From an uncultured Actinomycetota bacterium (GTDB lineage: Bacteria > Actinomycetota > UBA4738), in contig CAVYRK010000011.1 in the NCBI GenBank assembly GCA_963770955.1, positions 906,745-970,744 of the forward strand: 64,000 nt of DNA, in the 5' to 3' direction. Positions within the stretch are counted from its first letter, which is position 1. Each line of letters begins with the position of its first letter. The notes beneath the pieces were generated by a model. The model did no database searches, was not told the origin of the DNA, and was given only the letters and a program-made list of their open reading frames with translations. Shown here in pieces: positions 63,736 to 64,000 of this stretch. A program made the position numbers and the translations under genes.

Positions 63736-63764
63736 AGTATAGGCAGCCACCGGAGGCCCGTCTA
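63736..63764 (-). promoter_or_regulatory. Putative promoter of infC-rpmI-rplT (TAGACG-17-TATACT)
   Basis: On the minus strand, -10 TATACT lies at 63736-63741 and a -35-like TAGACG at 63759-63764, about 90 nt upstream of the infC start. Confidence 0.3.
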
Positions 63765-63809
63765 GACGACCCGAGTGGTTTCCCGGCCGGCGGCCGCTGG
63801 GCGGGAAGA

Positions 63810-63837
63810 GAGACGGGCCTCGCACGAGGCCCGTCTC
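63810..63837 (-). terminator. Intrinsic terminator-like hairpin downstream of the cold-shock gene
   Basis: GAGACGGGCCTCG-(loop)-GAGGCCCGTCTC followed on the sense strand by TCTTCCC. It lies 25 nt after the csp stop. Confidence 0.5.
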
Positions 63838-63861
63838 CACGAACTTGGACGACGCCGGGCG

Positions 63862-64000
63862 TCATGCAGGCTTGACGTTCGCCGCCTGCTTGCCCTTCGG
63901 CCCGTCCACGATGTCGAACTCAACCTCCTGACCCTCCGAGAGGGTGCGGTAGCCGTCGCCGACGATCGCCGAGAAGTGAACGAAGACGTCATCGCCCTCT
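63862..64000 (-). CDS. cspA: Cold-shock protein (CspA family), C-terminal part (5' end outside window)
   Basis: Minus-strand frame open to the window edge: ..[45 protein letters not shown]. Confidence 0.85.
   Translation of the reverse strand, partial: EGDDVFVHFSAIVGDGYRTLSEGQEVEFDIVDGPKGKQAANVKPA

Overview
This is a 64 kb, very GC-rich, gene-dense chromosomal segment of actinobacterial type. That assignment rests on gene order matching the Mycobacterium Rv1821-1832 and Rv1691-1701 neighbourhoods and on actinobacteria-like 16S features; I could not run a search. Most genes are housekeeping genes on the minus strand: gcvPA/PB/H, garA-like FHA protein plus two MerR regulators, pgsA, der, cmk, rluB, scpAB, xerD, ald, pyrG, recN, nadK, tlyA, tyrS, argF, pheST, murT/gatD and infC-rpmI-rplT. 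There is one tRNA-Pro(GGG) and one complete 16S-23S-5S operon on the minus strand.

The main finding is in the 23S gene. It spans about 4.9 kb because three related group I introns interrupt it, after E. coli positions U1923, U1931 and U2604. Two introns carry single-motif LAGLIDADG homing-endonuclease ORFs and one has no ORF. The 1923 and 1931 introns are separated by an 8-nt micro-exon.

The second feature is about 40 single-base indel frameshifts, nearly all one extra base, in otherwise well-conserved genes including tyrS and pyrG. They cluster in a few stretches, and I read them as consensus errors rather than biology. Gene calls for those loci are whole-gene spans reconstructed across frames.

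I found no CRISPR array, IS element, prophage or recognisable defence system.
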